Assembly: GCF_000315625.1 (NCBI RefSeq)
Contig: NW_005434569.1
Coordinates: 172,229-236,228 of the forward strand
Direction: 5' to 3'
Origin: Guillardia theta CCMP2712
Taxonomy: Eukaryota; Protista; Cryptophyta
Length of the DNA: 64,000 nt
Part shown: positions 47,258 to 58,209 of the stretch, in pieces
Layout: each line of letters starts with the position of its first letter
Numbering within the stretch: position 1 is the stretch's first letter
Position numbers and translations under genes: made by a program
The notes under the pieces: model-generated
What the model saw: only the letters and a program-made list of their open reading frames with translations
What the model was told of the DNA's origin: nothing
Database searches by the model: none

Positions 47258-49527
47258 ATGGCAGACGAGCCATGTCCCAAGCGTCAATGCGGAGGCTTGT
47301 GCGATGCATCCTCCTCTGCCTCAGGTGAGACAATGCCTCCTGTTGAATTTTTGACATTTCCTGTTCAAGATACAAGATCCGGGGGTCAAGATCATGAGGA
47401 TTCATCTCAACTTCGCGTCAACAATGTTTTCGATTGTTTGCCGAATGATGTTGGTCGTGTGACGAGGTCTCGTAATCGGGTCTCAGCTGAGGGTAATGAT
47501 CCTGTATCTCAAGCTTCTTCATGTGTCGACGACTTTCCGACGCCTTCTAGTTTGAGAGAAAGCGCGCATTTGCTAACAGAAATACAACAGGGAGTCGATC
47601 TGCTTCGACAGCGGCTGCAACATAATCCACTGGCGACTGCTGCTCGGAGCTCAACTTCGCAAGGGTCTGAGAGATCTATTTCCCGATCTGTTGTTGGGGA
47701 CTCAGCTGCTAATGGTGCAATCTCCCGACCTGTTGGTGGGACTTCAACTAGCAATGGCCCAATCTCCCGACCTGTTGGTGGGACTTCAACTGCTAATGTC
47801 CCAAGCTCCCGACCTGTTTCTGGGACTTCAACCGCTAATGGCCCAAGCTCCCGACCTGTTTCTGGGACTTCAACCGCTAATGGCCCAAGCTCCCGACCTG
47901 TTTCTGGGACTTCAACTACCAATGTCCCAAGCTCCCGATCTGTTTCTGGGACTTCAACTAGCAATATCCCAAGCTCCCGACCTGTTTCCGAGACTTCAAC
48001 TGCTAATGACCAAAGTTCCCGACGAGTTGCTAGGACGTCAACTGCTAATATCCCAAGCTCCCGACCTGTTGCTGGGACGTCATCGATTGCTCTTCAGAAA
48101 AAGTCAGACGAGTTCAGGGGTAGGGATTCAGAGATTTGTGAGCTGAAAAATGAGAATGAGGCGCTGCAAGGAGATCTCAAGAAAAAGGAGACAGAGCTTG
48201 GTCGGCTCAGAGATGAGATCAGAACTCTGCAATTTCATTATGACAGGTTGCAAGAGAAATATGATCAATCCCAGGACAATTTGGACAAGCTGCAACGTGA
48301 TTTAGACAACCTGCAACGTGACTATGAAGATTTGGAGGATGAAATGGAAGATGTTCGTGCTGTTAATCTGGATTACCAGGATACGAGAGCAAATACAGAA
48401 AATGTCCTCAAGGAACTTCGCGTGCAGAAAGCCAAGCTTGAGAGGGAAAAGCAAGAGCTTAGGACTGAAAGAGACACTTTGTTCCAAAACCAGATGCAAC
48501 AATCCGAGATCCAAATGATCGGCAACAACAAGATCAAAGAGCTTAAAGGGGAGAATGAATCGCTTAAAAGAAAAGTCGAAGAGATCGAAAATGAAGTAGA
48601 GGACAATGAGACATGTGTAATCTGCAAACGCAAGGTGAGCAGCTTGTATCTGGCGGCTGTATGTATCACAAAGTACAAAAGTATCTTCTGAAATGACATT
48701 TCCTCTGATAGGTTGCAAAACATGTCTTCATGACTTGTGGACACGCTGCGACTTGCCTGTAATTATCATCCATGTATTTTGTTCAACATGACCTGTTTGA
48801 CACTGTATTGCAGTGACGAAGAATGCAACAAAGAGTTTGAACAATGCCCAGTGTGCAGGAGTGAAGTCCAAAAGTTGCAAAGGTATTCATCATATTCTAT
48901 GGATTGAACTCCTTGTAAACAAATTTTCAGGGTCTACATTACCGGAAACAGGAATGAAAACTCTGCACTGATCAAAAAACTCACTGCAGACCTCTTGGCT
49001 GCTCAAGGACTCGAACAAGATCTTGCCAGAGCTCAGGAGGATATCAAGCAGAAGGAATTGAAGATCAATGATCTTGAACAAAAACTTGCCAGTGCTCAAG
49101 TGGGTATTCAACAGATTGAAAAGTGTGCACAGAAAGTCATGAGCTCCCCTGGACAAAGATCTGGAGCTGGATCTGGAGCAGGATCTGGAGTTGGATCTAA
49201 AGCTAGAGCTGGAGCTGGAGCTGGAGCAGACTTTCACGTCCAGGATTCTAACTGCATGCTACTTTCACAGTACTTGCAAGAAGCCAAAACCTCATGGAAG
49301 CCAAAAATTGGTGCAAAGCTTCAAAGGTGGTGCAAAATATGCAAATCATCGGGTGCTTCCTACGTTTGTTTGATGTGCTCTCCTTTGGATTCTGATTCAA
49401 TCCCAATCTGTTTTTGTCATGGAGGTACAGCATATTATACATGAACCCAAAGATCAAAACTGACGATTTTTTTGTCACAGGCACAAAGCAGTGTATGCAA
49501 CAACACATCAAGTCAGATCATCCCTGA
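47258..49527 (+). CDS. Spliced gene: S/T-rich 14-aa repeats, coiled coil, RING, coiled coil, C-terminal Cys-rich domain; exons 47258-48634, 48712-48758, 48814-48882, 48931-49424, 49481-49527
   Basis: Four GT-AG introns (77, 55, 48, 56 nt) join ORFs 47114-48691 and 48995-49444 in frame giving CVICKRKVAKHVFMTCGHAATCLDEECNKEFEQCPVCR; AATAAA ~49554. Confidence 0.85.
47681..48082 (+). repeat. 42-bp coding tandem repeat, ~9.5 copies (SRPVSGTSTANGPS)
   Basis: Recurring TCCCGACCTGTTTCTGGGACTTCAAC. Confidence 0.93.
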
Positions 49528-49570
49528 TCATTTTTGCTTTTCGCTTGCATTGAAATAAAAGTATCTTCAA

Positions 49571-49619
49571 TCTCTCTCTCTCTATCTCTCTCTCTCTCTA
49601 TCTCTCTCTCTCTCTCTCT
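49571..49619. repeat. (TC)n microsatellite between convergent RING genes
   Basis: Direct reading. Confidence 0.95.
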
Positions 49620-49871
49620 ATACGTGCATCATTTCCTGATCATTGGCATTGTCTTGATTCTTTTGGCAATACTTCTTTTGATTCATCACAAGATCAAGCA
49701 CTCTATATTAGGCGAGGATTACATCCCCGACCCCCATAGGCAGTGGTTCCAACCGGAAGATGTATGCAATACACACTGCGCACATGAGAAATGGGTAGTT
49801 TTGTTTATCGTCGTCGGATGCTGTTTGATTGTATTGGAAACTACCCAACTCTACTAGAAATCCGAGTCTTC

Positions 49872-51516
49872 TCAAATTTTGCGACAAATCGCACAACCAG
49901 GAAACTGTCAAAGTAACACAAAATGTGAGAAGGCATCACATGGACTAAGGCAGCAATGAATCACCTTGTTTTTGCATACATCACAGATGTGATACCTGTG
50001 ATCACATCGCCCATTGTCATCGACACAAGGCTGATTCATCTGAAAAGTAAAATTAGAGAGATCAACAGATAAGTCAGATATGTCAAAGACTCGCCTTCAG
50101 ACAATAATGACATGCTTTGTCATACATGAGAAAACGTTGGAGCTCAAGTCGAAGATGAATCAATGCATTGTTCAAAATGGTGCTTCTTTCGCGTTCCAGT
50201 CGGGATGTCTGTTCGCATTCAACCTGGTATTTGACGAGCTTTTCATTCTCCATAGCTGCATTGACCCTGAAATCACGGAACTCACCCCTTGTCTGCATGA
50301 ACTTGTCTTTCCACTTTGCAATCTCCTGCTGTGACTTGGCTCTCTCAGACAAAAGGCTTTTTTCAACAGCTTCGATGTCACGCTGGGACTGTTCAAGTGC
50401 CTTTCTAAGCTGCTGGGTCTCTTTAGCACTCTGCATTGCCTCAATCTTGGCGTTTTGGACTTGCAACTGTAAGCGTTTGACAGAATCCTCTTCCTGTAAA
50501 AGTTTCCTCCGTATTTGTTCGAGTTGGGTCTCGTGAACATGCTGCTGGATGCTTGCAAGGGGTTCGAAATGCTGTATCCCTGTCATCCCTGTCTCTCTAC
50601 CACTCCTACCCCACTGTCTAGCTGCAGTCATAGAATAAAAGCCTCCAAGCTCTGGGTCATCAGTAGGCATCGAGAGTGCATCCTTGCGAAGGAGCTTTGG
50701 ACGCTTCAATACAGCATCCAATGTCGGCGAAGAACAAGTGGTGGGATTACGATTCAAAGCCAAAGCCGTAGTAGCACGATTGAAGAAACGCTCTCCAAGC
50801 TTGAATTGGGCAGTATCAATGTCGTAACCTCGCTTGAAATACCGAATCTCCTTCCTGTTATCAATGCTTTTGAAGACAAGTGAATAGCTCTCAACAATCC
50901 AATCCAATAGCCTCTTCAATTGATCACTACAAACAAAGCTCATGGCTCGGGGATTGAACCAATAGTCACCACCTTCACATGTGCCGTCAACAACAATCTG
51001 CAGTTTCTTCAATTGATCGTCAGGCGTCAAAATGAGATCCGAAGAAACAAGTTTTCGCTTCCGGTTTCTATCGACAAGACAAATACCACTTGATGTCAAA
51101 AGAGAATCATGCACATCCAGGACAAAATCCAAAACTCGGTCCTTGCATCTCACAACATTGTCAGAAGGGATTCGCAGGGTCTGCATCCTCACAACATCCT
51201 TGATTCTCCCATTCTGCACAAGCTCAGCATCCACATTGATGTCCAAGAAAGAAGATGATAGAAGACTCGTTATAGAAACAACAGCAGTGCCCTCATATTT
51301 CAATCTCGTATCGTTGATCTCAAACTTCTTCGAACCATTGCCGTGCTTCCCTCTCATCGAGCTCAATGGAATGTCGTCATTCAAAACTTCTTTGGGGTCA
51401 AAAACAATCAAAGGAACACTCAAGCCTGAATCATAAGAATCATTACTATGATCCTCGTTGCAAATGTTCTCATCGTCCGAGTCAACAATGACAATAACCT
51501 CAGAATCCTTCGACAT
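49872..51516 (-). CDS. Spliced gene: SIM-like N-terminus, coiled coil, C-terminal RING; exons 51516-50095, 50039-49965, 49904-49872
   Basis: GC-AG intron 50094-50040 and GT-AG intron 49964-49905 yield CHYCLKMNQPCVDDNGRCDHRYHICDVCKNKFPGCAICRKI*. Confidence 0.8.
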
Positions 51517-51725
51517 GGCCAGCAAATACGAAAAATCTATAGAATGGTCGAAAATTTCTCTGAAAAAAACACTTCAAACTAGTCAGAAACAACAAAAAAC
51601 ATTCATCGCGATCATAACCTTTCCCTATGCGCGTCGAAAATCAGCTGCAGCTATCACTCCCGCGGCTCCCCCTCCTTCCCCTGCCACAAATGCGATCGCA
51701 TCGTCCTAGCTCGGGATATCACCCC

Positions 51726-51884
51726 ACCCACCCATGCACACTCATATTACTACCCCCACCCCCTAATCGCAGCCTAACCCACAACACCCCTGTAGTGTGT
51801 CTCCAGCTACTACCCTACCCTACACCGAGATATATGACCCCACCCACTCATGCACTCTCATATTACTACCCCCACCCCCTAATC
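51726..51884. repeat. Two ~44-bp C-rich direct repeats upstream of the RING gene
   Basis: CACCCACYCATGCACWCTCATATTACTACCCCCACCCCCTAATC at ~51726 and ~51841. Confidence 0.85.
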
Positions 51885-51980
51885 CCCACTCTAACACACC
51901 ACTCTTACTACTCTCCAGTTACCACCCTACCCCCACATCACAGAACAGACCGCAATCCACCAGAGCCGGTCGGTACCGTG

Positions 51981-52066
51981 CCGGGCCCGGACTTCTCAGT
52001 ACCACCCGGTCACTCGGAGGGTAGGGTACCGGGCCCGGACATCTCAGTACCACCCGGTCACTCGGA
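51981..52066 (-). repeat. Inverted copy (~2 units) of the 46636-47052 repeat
   Basis: CCGGGCCCGGACATCTCAGTACCACCCGGTCACTCGGA is the reverse complement of the unit. Confidence 0.93.
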
Positions 52067-52390
52067 TCATTTGCCTCTAAAACTGAAGGTCAAAGTACTA
52101 AATATCAGTCAATTTTTAGGTTCTTTCTACCCTGCTTTCAAGCTATCTTGCATCCTTTCATGACAGCATTTCTCCTAAAACGGACATTGGATTCAAACCA
52201 GCACCAAGGTCAAGGTCAAGGTTAGGTCAACCCATAAAGCCCCCTATTGAAGACTGCGATCTCGCCATACCGATTTGAATCGATTTGGTAATATTAAGAT
52301 TCTTGGGGGATTAGAACAAACGCCTAAAGTCCCCGGACCCGGGAAAGGGGTCAAGGTTGGAGTAGAGAGATCTATTTTTGAAAAGCAAGA

Positions 52391-53248
52391 ATGAATTCTA
52401 ATCATCTATGTATGGCTTTGCTTATGTGCGGTTTGATAGCTTTGTTATCCAGATTGGAATCTCTTCCACAGCATGATGCGCGCTTGTTGACAAATTTTCG
52501 ATTCCCAAAGTTTTCGAACATATCTACCTCCATTGCAAACCCATGCTTCCACGAAAATGATGTTTTCAATTTCTCTACCATGAGTGTTGAGGGAATTCGG
52601 AAAATCTATGTTATTCACTGGAGTAAACTTGCGAATCGCAGGAAGTCTATGAGAGATCGTTTAAGTACAGTTTTGCCAGCGGGATGGGAGCAAAAAAATT
52701 TTGTTGCCTTCATTACGCAGTATGACAGCGATAGGGTTACTCATCAAGACGTTCTCTGTCATGCAGGCTCATATGCTAACCAACAAAAGAAGGGACAGTT
52801 TTCTGTAACAATGAAACACCATGTGGCATATTATGATGTATGCTTTCATCAATATGGTATCGTGCTAATCGTTGAAGATGATGTCCAGTTTGCCCCAGAT
52901 TTTGTGCAAAAAGTGTCTTTTGTACTGAAGGCATTGCCTGCTGAATGGTCGAACTGTTTTGTTTCGGCCTGTATGCCTGTACATTGCACGAAGTTGGCAT
53001 GTTTACAGCACAGGGGCTCTGGGTCTAACTGTGCATATGGATATTTGATGTCATTGACGGGTAGCAGATTAATGCTGCATCATATGCCAATTTTTACCAC
53101 ACCTGATTTCCAGATGAATCACGTATCCAACATGACCAGCCTTTTTCATAGCTATAATTCGGTTTTTCATCGTTTGATTGTCGAGCAGCCGGACGGAACA
53201 GATGGTATATGGAAACGAGATGGACAAGAGCTTCACATTCTTTCTTAA
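52391..53248 (+). CDS. GT25-family glycosyltransferase, type II membrane
   Basis: IYVIH....NRRKSM, SVTMKH, LIVEDD, AYGYLMSLTG, PD motifs; N-terminal anchor. Confidence 0.85.
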   Translation: MNSNHLCMALLMCGLIALLSRLESLPQHDARLLTNFRFPKFSNISTSIANPCFHENDVFNFSTMSVEGIRKIYVIHWSKLANRRKSMRDRLSTVLPAGWEQKNFVAFITQYDSDRVTHQDVLCHAGSYANQQKKGQFSVTMKHHVAYYDVCFHQYGIVLIVEDDVQFAPDFVQKVSFVLKALPAEWSNCFVSACMPVHCTKLACLQHRGSGSNCAYGYLMSLTGSRLMLHHMPIFTTPDFQMNHVSNMTSLFHSYNSVFHRLIVEQPDGTDGIWKRDGQELHILS

Positions 53249-53290
53249 AAATTGTTTTTTTAAGCAAGTAATTTTCGTGATGTTTGAAAG

Positions 53291-53664
53291 GGGTATGAAT
53301 GAAATGAGAAAAGTGTTTGGGGGCTCAGGACGAGGGAATTTTGGGGCCAGGACGAGGGAGTCAAGGGGAGGGATTTTCAGGACAGAGTCGTCCGTTGATT
53401 TGTCTTTGCGAGCAAGTTTACTTAAGTACGCCAAAGCCTGAGAGACTGTGCCCGATCTGAGTGTCTGAAATCTGCACTGGATCAGGGTATGAATGAAATG
53501 AGAAAAGTGTTTGGGGGCTCAGGACGAGGGAATTTTGGGGTCAGGACGAGGGAGTCAAGGGGAGGGATTTTTTTCAGGACAGAGTCGTCCGTTGATTTGT
53601 CTTTGCGAGCAAGTTTACTTAAGTACGCCAAAGCCTGAGAGACTGTGCCCGATCTGAGTGTCTG
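53291..53664. repeat. Near-identical tandem duplication of ~177 bp (53291-53467; 53485-53664)
   Basis: Both start GGGTATGAATGAAATGAG and end GATCTGAGTGTCTG. Confidence 0.93.
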
Positions 53665-53819
53665 GGGGCACTTTGTCCCACACTCTTTATTATTCCTCGC
53701 AAGATAATCGTGGGAAGCCACAGTCTGGGCCGATCGATGCCCATGTTCCAGCCTCTTAAGGACATGTTGTGGAATATCTCCGCAAGGCACTTGGAATAGT
53801 GGTTTCGTCGGTTTCGCCA

Positions 53820-54445
53820 TGGTTTCTGCGGCTTCAGGGTCTAGCTGACAATTGCGATTTGTACCAGATCAAGGCGTTTTCCAGTACAAAATTGTGTGAG
53901 TAAAAAATACAAGAATTTGAAGGTTTGAAATTCCATTTCCACGCTTCTGTGTGCCATGTCCTTTCCCATCCCGCTGGAATTTCAAACTCTGAAACCACGA
54001 TAATGAGTTGACAAGTACTGTATTTCTCAGTTTGAATGTGAGAGGACAGATGATTCATGGAATGCAACTAATTGTTTAACTTTATGGATACGAATAGTAT
54101 GGCATAGGCAAATGACTGTCATTTTACTTCTCAATGATACATCGATCCACACGATCACATCTGTCTGATGCACTCCTCTTGCTGAATAGTAAGAAAAAAT
54201 GGCTGAACTATGCACCGATGGATTGAATTTCACATGTAATCATACCTGGCAACAAGTCACTGTATCGCTCTTTGAAATGGGACTCACCAACAAGATGTCA
54301 TCTTCGATGATGCACACCTTCATGGTGACTGTGGTCTAGAACTGCTTCAAAGTTGACATGGGAATATGTAGCGGCCTAGGTGATGTTTTCAAGGTACTTC
54401 AATAAAACAAGCCAAGTTGCCGCAACAACGACATCATCATGTTGA
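53820..54445 (-). repeat. Diverged inverted duplicate of 61982-63113; probable decayed gene
   Basis: Shared blocks e.g. GAAAACATCACCTAGGCCGCTACATATTCCCATGTC, GTATCATTGAGAAGTAAAATGACAGTCAT, CACAATTTTGTACTGGAAAA, GATCTGGTACAAATC. Confidence 0.85.
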
Positions 54446-54479
54446 ATCGCAGTCTGCAAGTTGCACGCGCGGGGCCCGC

Positions 54480-54670
54480 AGCTCTCGATTGAGCCTAAGT
54501 CTTTGTAGGTTCCGACAGGACAGGGAGAGCAGGCCTGCCCATTCCTGCCGAAGTGACCGTGGGTGCAGCGGCATCCTGTGATATTCCCTGTATGATTATC
54601 ACTGGTTGTGTTATCGGGACACTTCTGGCAGTCGCTCACTGCTACAGCTGTCAGATCCTCCGAGTACGTT
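54480..54670 (-). pseudogene. Fragment of a GCC2/GCC3 (ephrin-receptor-like) Cys-rich repeat protein
   Basis: DCQKCPDNTTS...GCRCTHGHFG.NGQACSPCPVGTYK; no own start. Confidence 0.7.
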
Positions 54671-54672
54671 CT

Positions 54673-54745
54673 CGGGCCCTGCGGGCCCGCCTCAGTATAT
54701 ATATGAGTCGGATGACACAAGAAGGTATCAGATCAGTCTAGATGG
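54673..54745 (+). repeat. 73-bp hairpin module, direct repeat of 56421-56493
   Basis: CGGGCCCTGCGGGCCCGCCTCAGTATATATATGAGTCGG...CTAGATGG, one mismatch. Confidence 0.92.
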
Positions 54746-55129
54746 TGCCAGGAAATTCATTTTATCTCTAGGATTAAATTCATCTTTAGGTTGCTCCCAT
54801 ATTTTTACATTGTACTTTTTCTGAATGTATTCCTTATCTTGGTCGTTATTGTAGATATCTTTCATATCTCTAATAAAGTATTCCAGGTCATATTCAAAAT
54901 TATTTCCGTTACGCTTATAAGTTTCAGGAGTTTTGTTGTCGAATAAAACTAATGCAATCCAGAGCATGACATTGGCAACGTGTTTCAACAATACCATTTT
55001 CGACGTAATCTCAGATCGAATTGTAAGGTATTCTGTCTCTTTGGGATCGTCTTCCTTTTCGCTCAACTCTGCAATCTCATTTTTCAAGGTATAGAAATCC
55101 CTTTCAACATAGCTCAATTTTTTCGTCAT
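54728..55129 (-). CDS. AT-rich hypothetical ORF/fragment ending in the hairpin module
   Basis: 133 aa, K/E/D/Y-rich, AT-rich codon use unlike neighbours. Confidence 0.45.
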   Translation of the reverse strand: MTKKLSYVERDFYTLKNEIAELSEKEDDPKETEYLTIRSEITSKMVLLKHVANVMLWIALVLFDNKTPETYKRNGNNFEYDLEYFIRDMKDIYNNDQDKEYIQKKYNVKIWEQPKDEFNPRDKMNFLAPSRLI

Positions 55130-55724
55130 TTAGAAGGTTGCCTTTCTTTACATAAGATTCCAATTTATCTTTGAGCGTTGCACTCTCTTGGTCGCGTATT
55201 GAGGTTTCGATCGTGTTCGGCAGTACTTTCAAATTCTTTAACATCCTGATAGAACCCCGATTTTTCCACGGTTCTCCCGCGGCCGCCCCCTCCCCTGGCG
55301 CACCAATCTCAGGGATGAATGCATCTCGGTTCTCTGCCATGCCATCCCCGTCCTCTGCCAAACCATCCCCGGTCCCCTCCTCGAAATAATTATTGAACTC
55401 ATACTGGATGTCCTCGTCATAGTATGCCTCGTCCCACAGCCCGTCGTCCTGGATCCCCGCGGCGCGGAGGACGCTGGGGGGGAAGCGGAGGACGCCGTCG
55501 TCGCGGTCTGCGAGCTCGCCCCACTCGGCGAGCTGCTCGAGGGACTCGTGGAGGAGGTCCATGGTCTCCTGCTCGATCTCTCCTTTGGACGGTGTCGGCG
55601 TTTCATCGGAATGGCAGTCGTTGTTGGGAATAGAAGCCGAGTGGAACACCACCTGGACTCCATCGTAATCGATGGCTTCTTCGGGGTGAGATCCAGACGG
55701 CAGGTGGTTTACTGCGCCGTGCAT
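55104..55724 (-). CDS. Acidic hypothetical protein, GC-rich 5' part joined to AT-rich 3' part
   Basis: TATAAAAAG ~30 nt upstream of ATG 55724. Confidence 0.5.
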   Translation of the reverse strand: MHGAVNHLPSGSHPEEAIDYDGVQVVFHSASIPNNDCHSDETPTPSKGEIEQETMDLLHESLEQLAEWGELADRDDGVLRFPPSVLRAAGIQDDGLWDEAYYDEDIQYEFNNYFEEGTGDGLAEDGDGMAENRDAFIPEIGAPGEGAAAGEPWKNRGSIRMLKNLKVLPNTIETSIRDQESATLKDKLESYVKKGNLLNDEKIELC

Positions 55725-55937
55725 CCTGCCCCTCCAGGCATCGCGGGCTCTTTTATACGGGGGAACCGTGCGGATAACCGTGTATTTAAGTTCGTGTGGC
55801 GGAGGGACAGATACGCTGGTCTGGAGGCAAGCTCGGAGGAGGAATGGAAACCCCCTGTCAAGATGTCCAGGGCGAGCGCGAGGAAGTAGATGCGCGTCCC
55901 GTGTGTGTGTTTGGTATTAAATTACGTAATTTACTCG

Positions 55938-56415
55938 TTAGGTACCGCTCATTGAGCCTACTTCTCCGAGATGCTTTCCATGAGCCACGCGACCTCCGGA
56001 GTCCTGGTCGGTCCTTTCGGTGTAGGAGAGGAATAGGTAATCATCGTCTGTGTTGTACTTGCGGATGTAGTGGAAAAATTTGTCAGAATCCCAGTCATAG
56101 TAGACGTCGGCCACAAAGGTGAACCCGTGCTTGTTGAACACGGGTGCATGTCGGTAGTGGGTCTGGCGAACATAGTACGGGTACCAATGCACCGCCTGGA
56201 CCGCCATGCTGTGAAGACACTCGATTGCTTCTTCAGAGGGGACGAAGACCTTGTCCGCGGCCTTCGCCTTCTCGAGCGCGACTTCGAGCTTCTTGATGGT
56301 CGAGGAGATGCTGATCTTCTTCTCTTTGGTGGTTGTGGCATCGAGTTTTTCTTTCAACTCGGCGATCTTCGAGAGTGCGAAGGTCTCGAACCTCTCGTTG
56401 CAGAGGGTGATGGTG
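55938..56415 (-). pseudogene. 5'-truncated coding fragment starting at the hairpin module
   Basis: Open frame with coding-like composition (KIAELKEKLD..., HWYPYYVRQ...) lacking its own ATG. Confidence 0.5.
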
Positions 56416-56417
56416 TA

Positions 56418-56707
56418 AGGCGGGCCCTGCGGGCCCGCCTCAGTATATATATGAGTCGGATGACACAAGGAGGTATCAGATCAGTCTAGATGGAGGCCAA
56501 TGAGCCTCTCCATGACCTCAGATGGAATGTGGGAGGGGATCTGGGGGTATGTTTGCGGTGGGGCTCCCGACGTTATGAGTGTTTTGTAAGGCGGGCCCCG
56601 CGGGCCCGCCTCAGTATATGGAGTCCAATGAGCCTCTCCATGACCTCAGATGGAAGGTGGGAGGGGATCTGGGGGTATGTTTGCAGTGGGGCTCCCGACG
56701 TTATGAG
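56418..56707. repeat. Composite repeat: hairpin modules (56418-56440, 56589-56611) alternating with an 83-bp duplication (56497-56579, 56625-56707)
   Basis: AGGCGGGCCC-N3-GGGCCCGCCT 10-bp stems; CCAATGAGCC...CGTTATGAG twice. Confidence 0.9.
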
Positions 56708-56756
56708 GTTGTTGCGTCTGTATTCTATTATACTGAATTTATTTGTGCCACGAAAA

Positions 56757-57000
56757 ATGAAGGATTTATATCGTCTACTTGTTCGAATCAATAGAATGAA
56801 ACGCTTTTTCAGTGAAATACAATCACCATATACTGTCACAAGTGATATGTTGAAGCTTCATGCTAAAAACCTCAAGCATGCAAGTCCATCTTTGAAAGAT
56901 GATAGTGTTGTCAAAGTGAAAACCTGAAAAAGTTACAATGTGATAAAGATACAATTCAATTTGTGTCTGACAATTTGAAAGATGATTCTGATGTTGTCAT
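56757..57000 (+). pseudogene. Decayed DUF4116-like repeat fragment
   Basis: LKHASPSLKDDSVV and IQFVSDNLKDDSDVV separated by a stop/frameshift. Confidence 0.45.
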
Positions 57001-58209
57001 ATAAACTGATGTCCCTTTGCAAGTAAAGTATCGTTGCTGTGTGGTACGCCTCTCCCAAATCATCTCATCCTCTAGCTCTCAAATTCTACTCCACAGAGAT
57101 GTATTTAAATGTCGATAGGATGAACCTTGTAAGCAAGATGCCTTTCATCCAGAGTATCTTTGACTCAGAACAGATCAAACACCAAGACCCTGCTTTGCCA
57201 GAGGGCCCCCGCGTAAGTCAGAGGGTGGGGGACGCGGATACACAACTGTCCCGCAATGTGCGCCGTCGGACGGAGTCTGAGGCGGAGTTCATCCACGGCC
57301 TGGATTGTAACTGTCGAGTGAATATGGAACATTTCTGGTTACAGGGCCACCATCACTGTTACCAACCGGTAGCAGCTCCGCAACAAGATGAACCTCCTGA
57401 CGGAGTCTAACGACACATGCGGGATATCTGTGCTCCATGTTAACGGCATGCGTTTGAGTTGGCCGCGTATTACAAGATCCTGGGGATGAAGCGATCAGCG
57501 GGTGAAGCAGGACTTCAGAGAGCAGTGGTCGGATGGAGGCGATATACGCTGCACGAGCCAAGGCTGTGTCGTTGGCCCATCCTGGCGTCTTTCTTGACGC
57601 CCCGAACTTCCCTTACCTCAGAGAACATGCCAAGCAGGAGCTGGACCCCGCCAAATACGATGAAAAATACATACGATGAAAAATACATAACTTGCACGGT
57701 TTCTGACTTAGCGCAAGTACGAGGAGGGTGACAAAATCCAAACTTGGCTGGGAGAGGTCGGAAACAAGCCTAGATAAAGGGCCTGACATGGGAATGGTCG
57801 CGTGAGCAACTTCATATCACCCTGAGGCGGGCCTGATTGCATAGACCTGCTGTGTTTCCGGACCAACCACTTCCACCAGTAAAGTCAACATTCGCTCCAC
57901 CAGTTGTATCCACATGTCCTGCGATTATCTTTTACCAACCTCCATGAAGGTAAAGCAAATTCAGCACCATATGTCCAGCCATGTTCAGCACCCAGTCCCA
58001 CGAGCATTTCACGTGCGGCGGTCGAAAAATCTCTGTTGTTTGTACTCTTCAGGTAACAAAGTACATATGTGGAATACAAAAGCATCACTAGTCCCTTGGA
58101 TACACGAGAATTTAATGCGAATTGTGCTACCTTCACTTCCGCGTTTTACGTGAGTGAAGATAACTTTGTCAGTTACAGTTACATTCATCAGTGAGTGAAG
58201 ATAACTTTG

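Noticed and set aside
56418-56450. Helitron 3' end or bacterial terminator
   Set aside because: Hairpin lacks the usual spacing to a CTRR end and has no U-tract; no Rep/helicase nearby.
57000-58140. Genes in 57.0-58.1 kb and 59.6-61.9 kb
   Set aside because: Only short ORFs with no recognisable motifs; probably decayed sequence.
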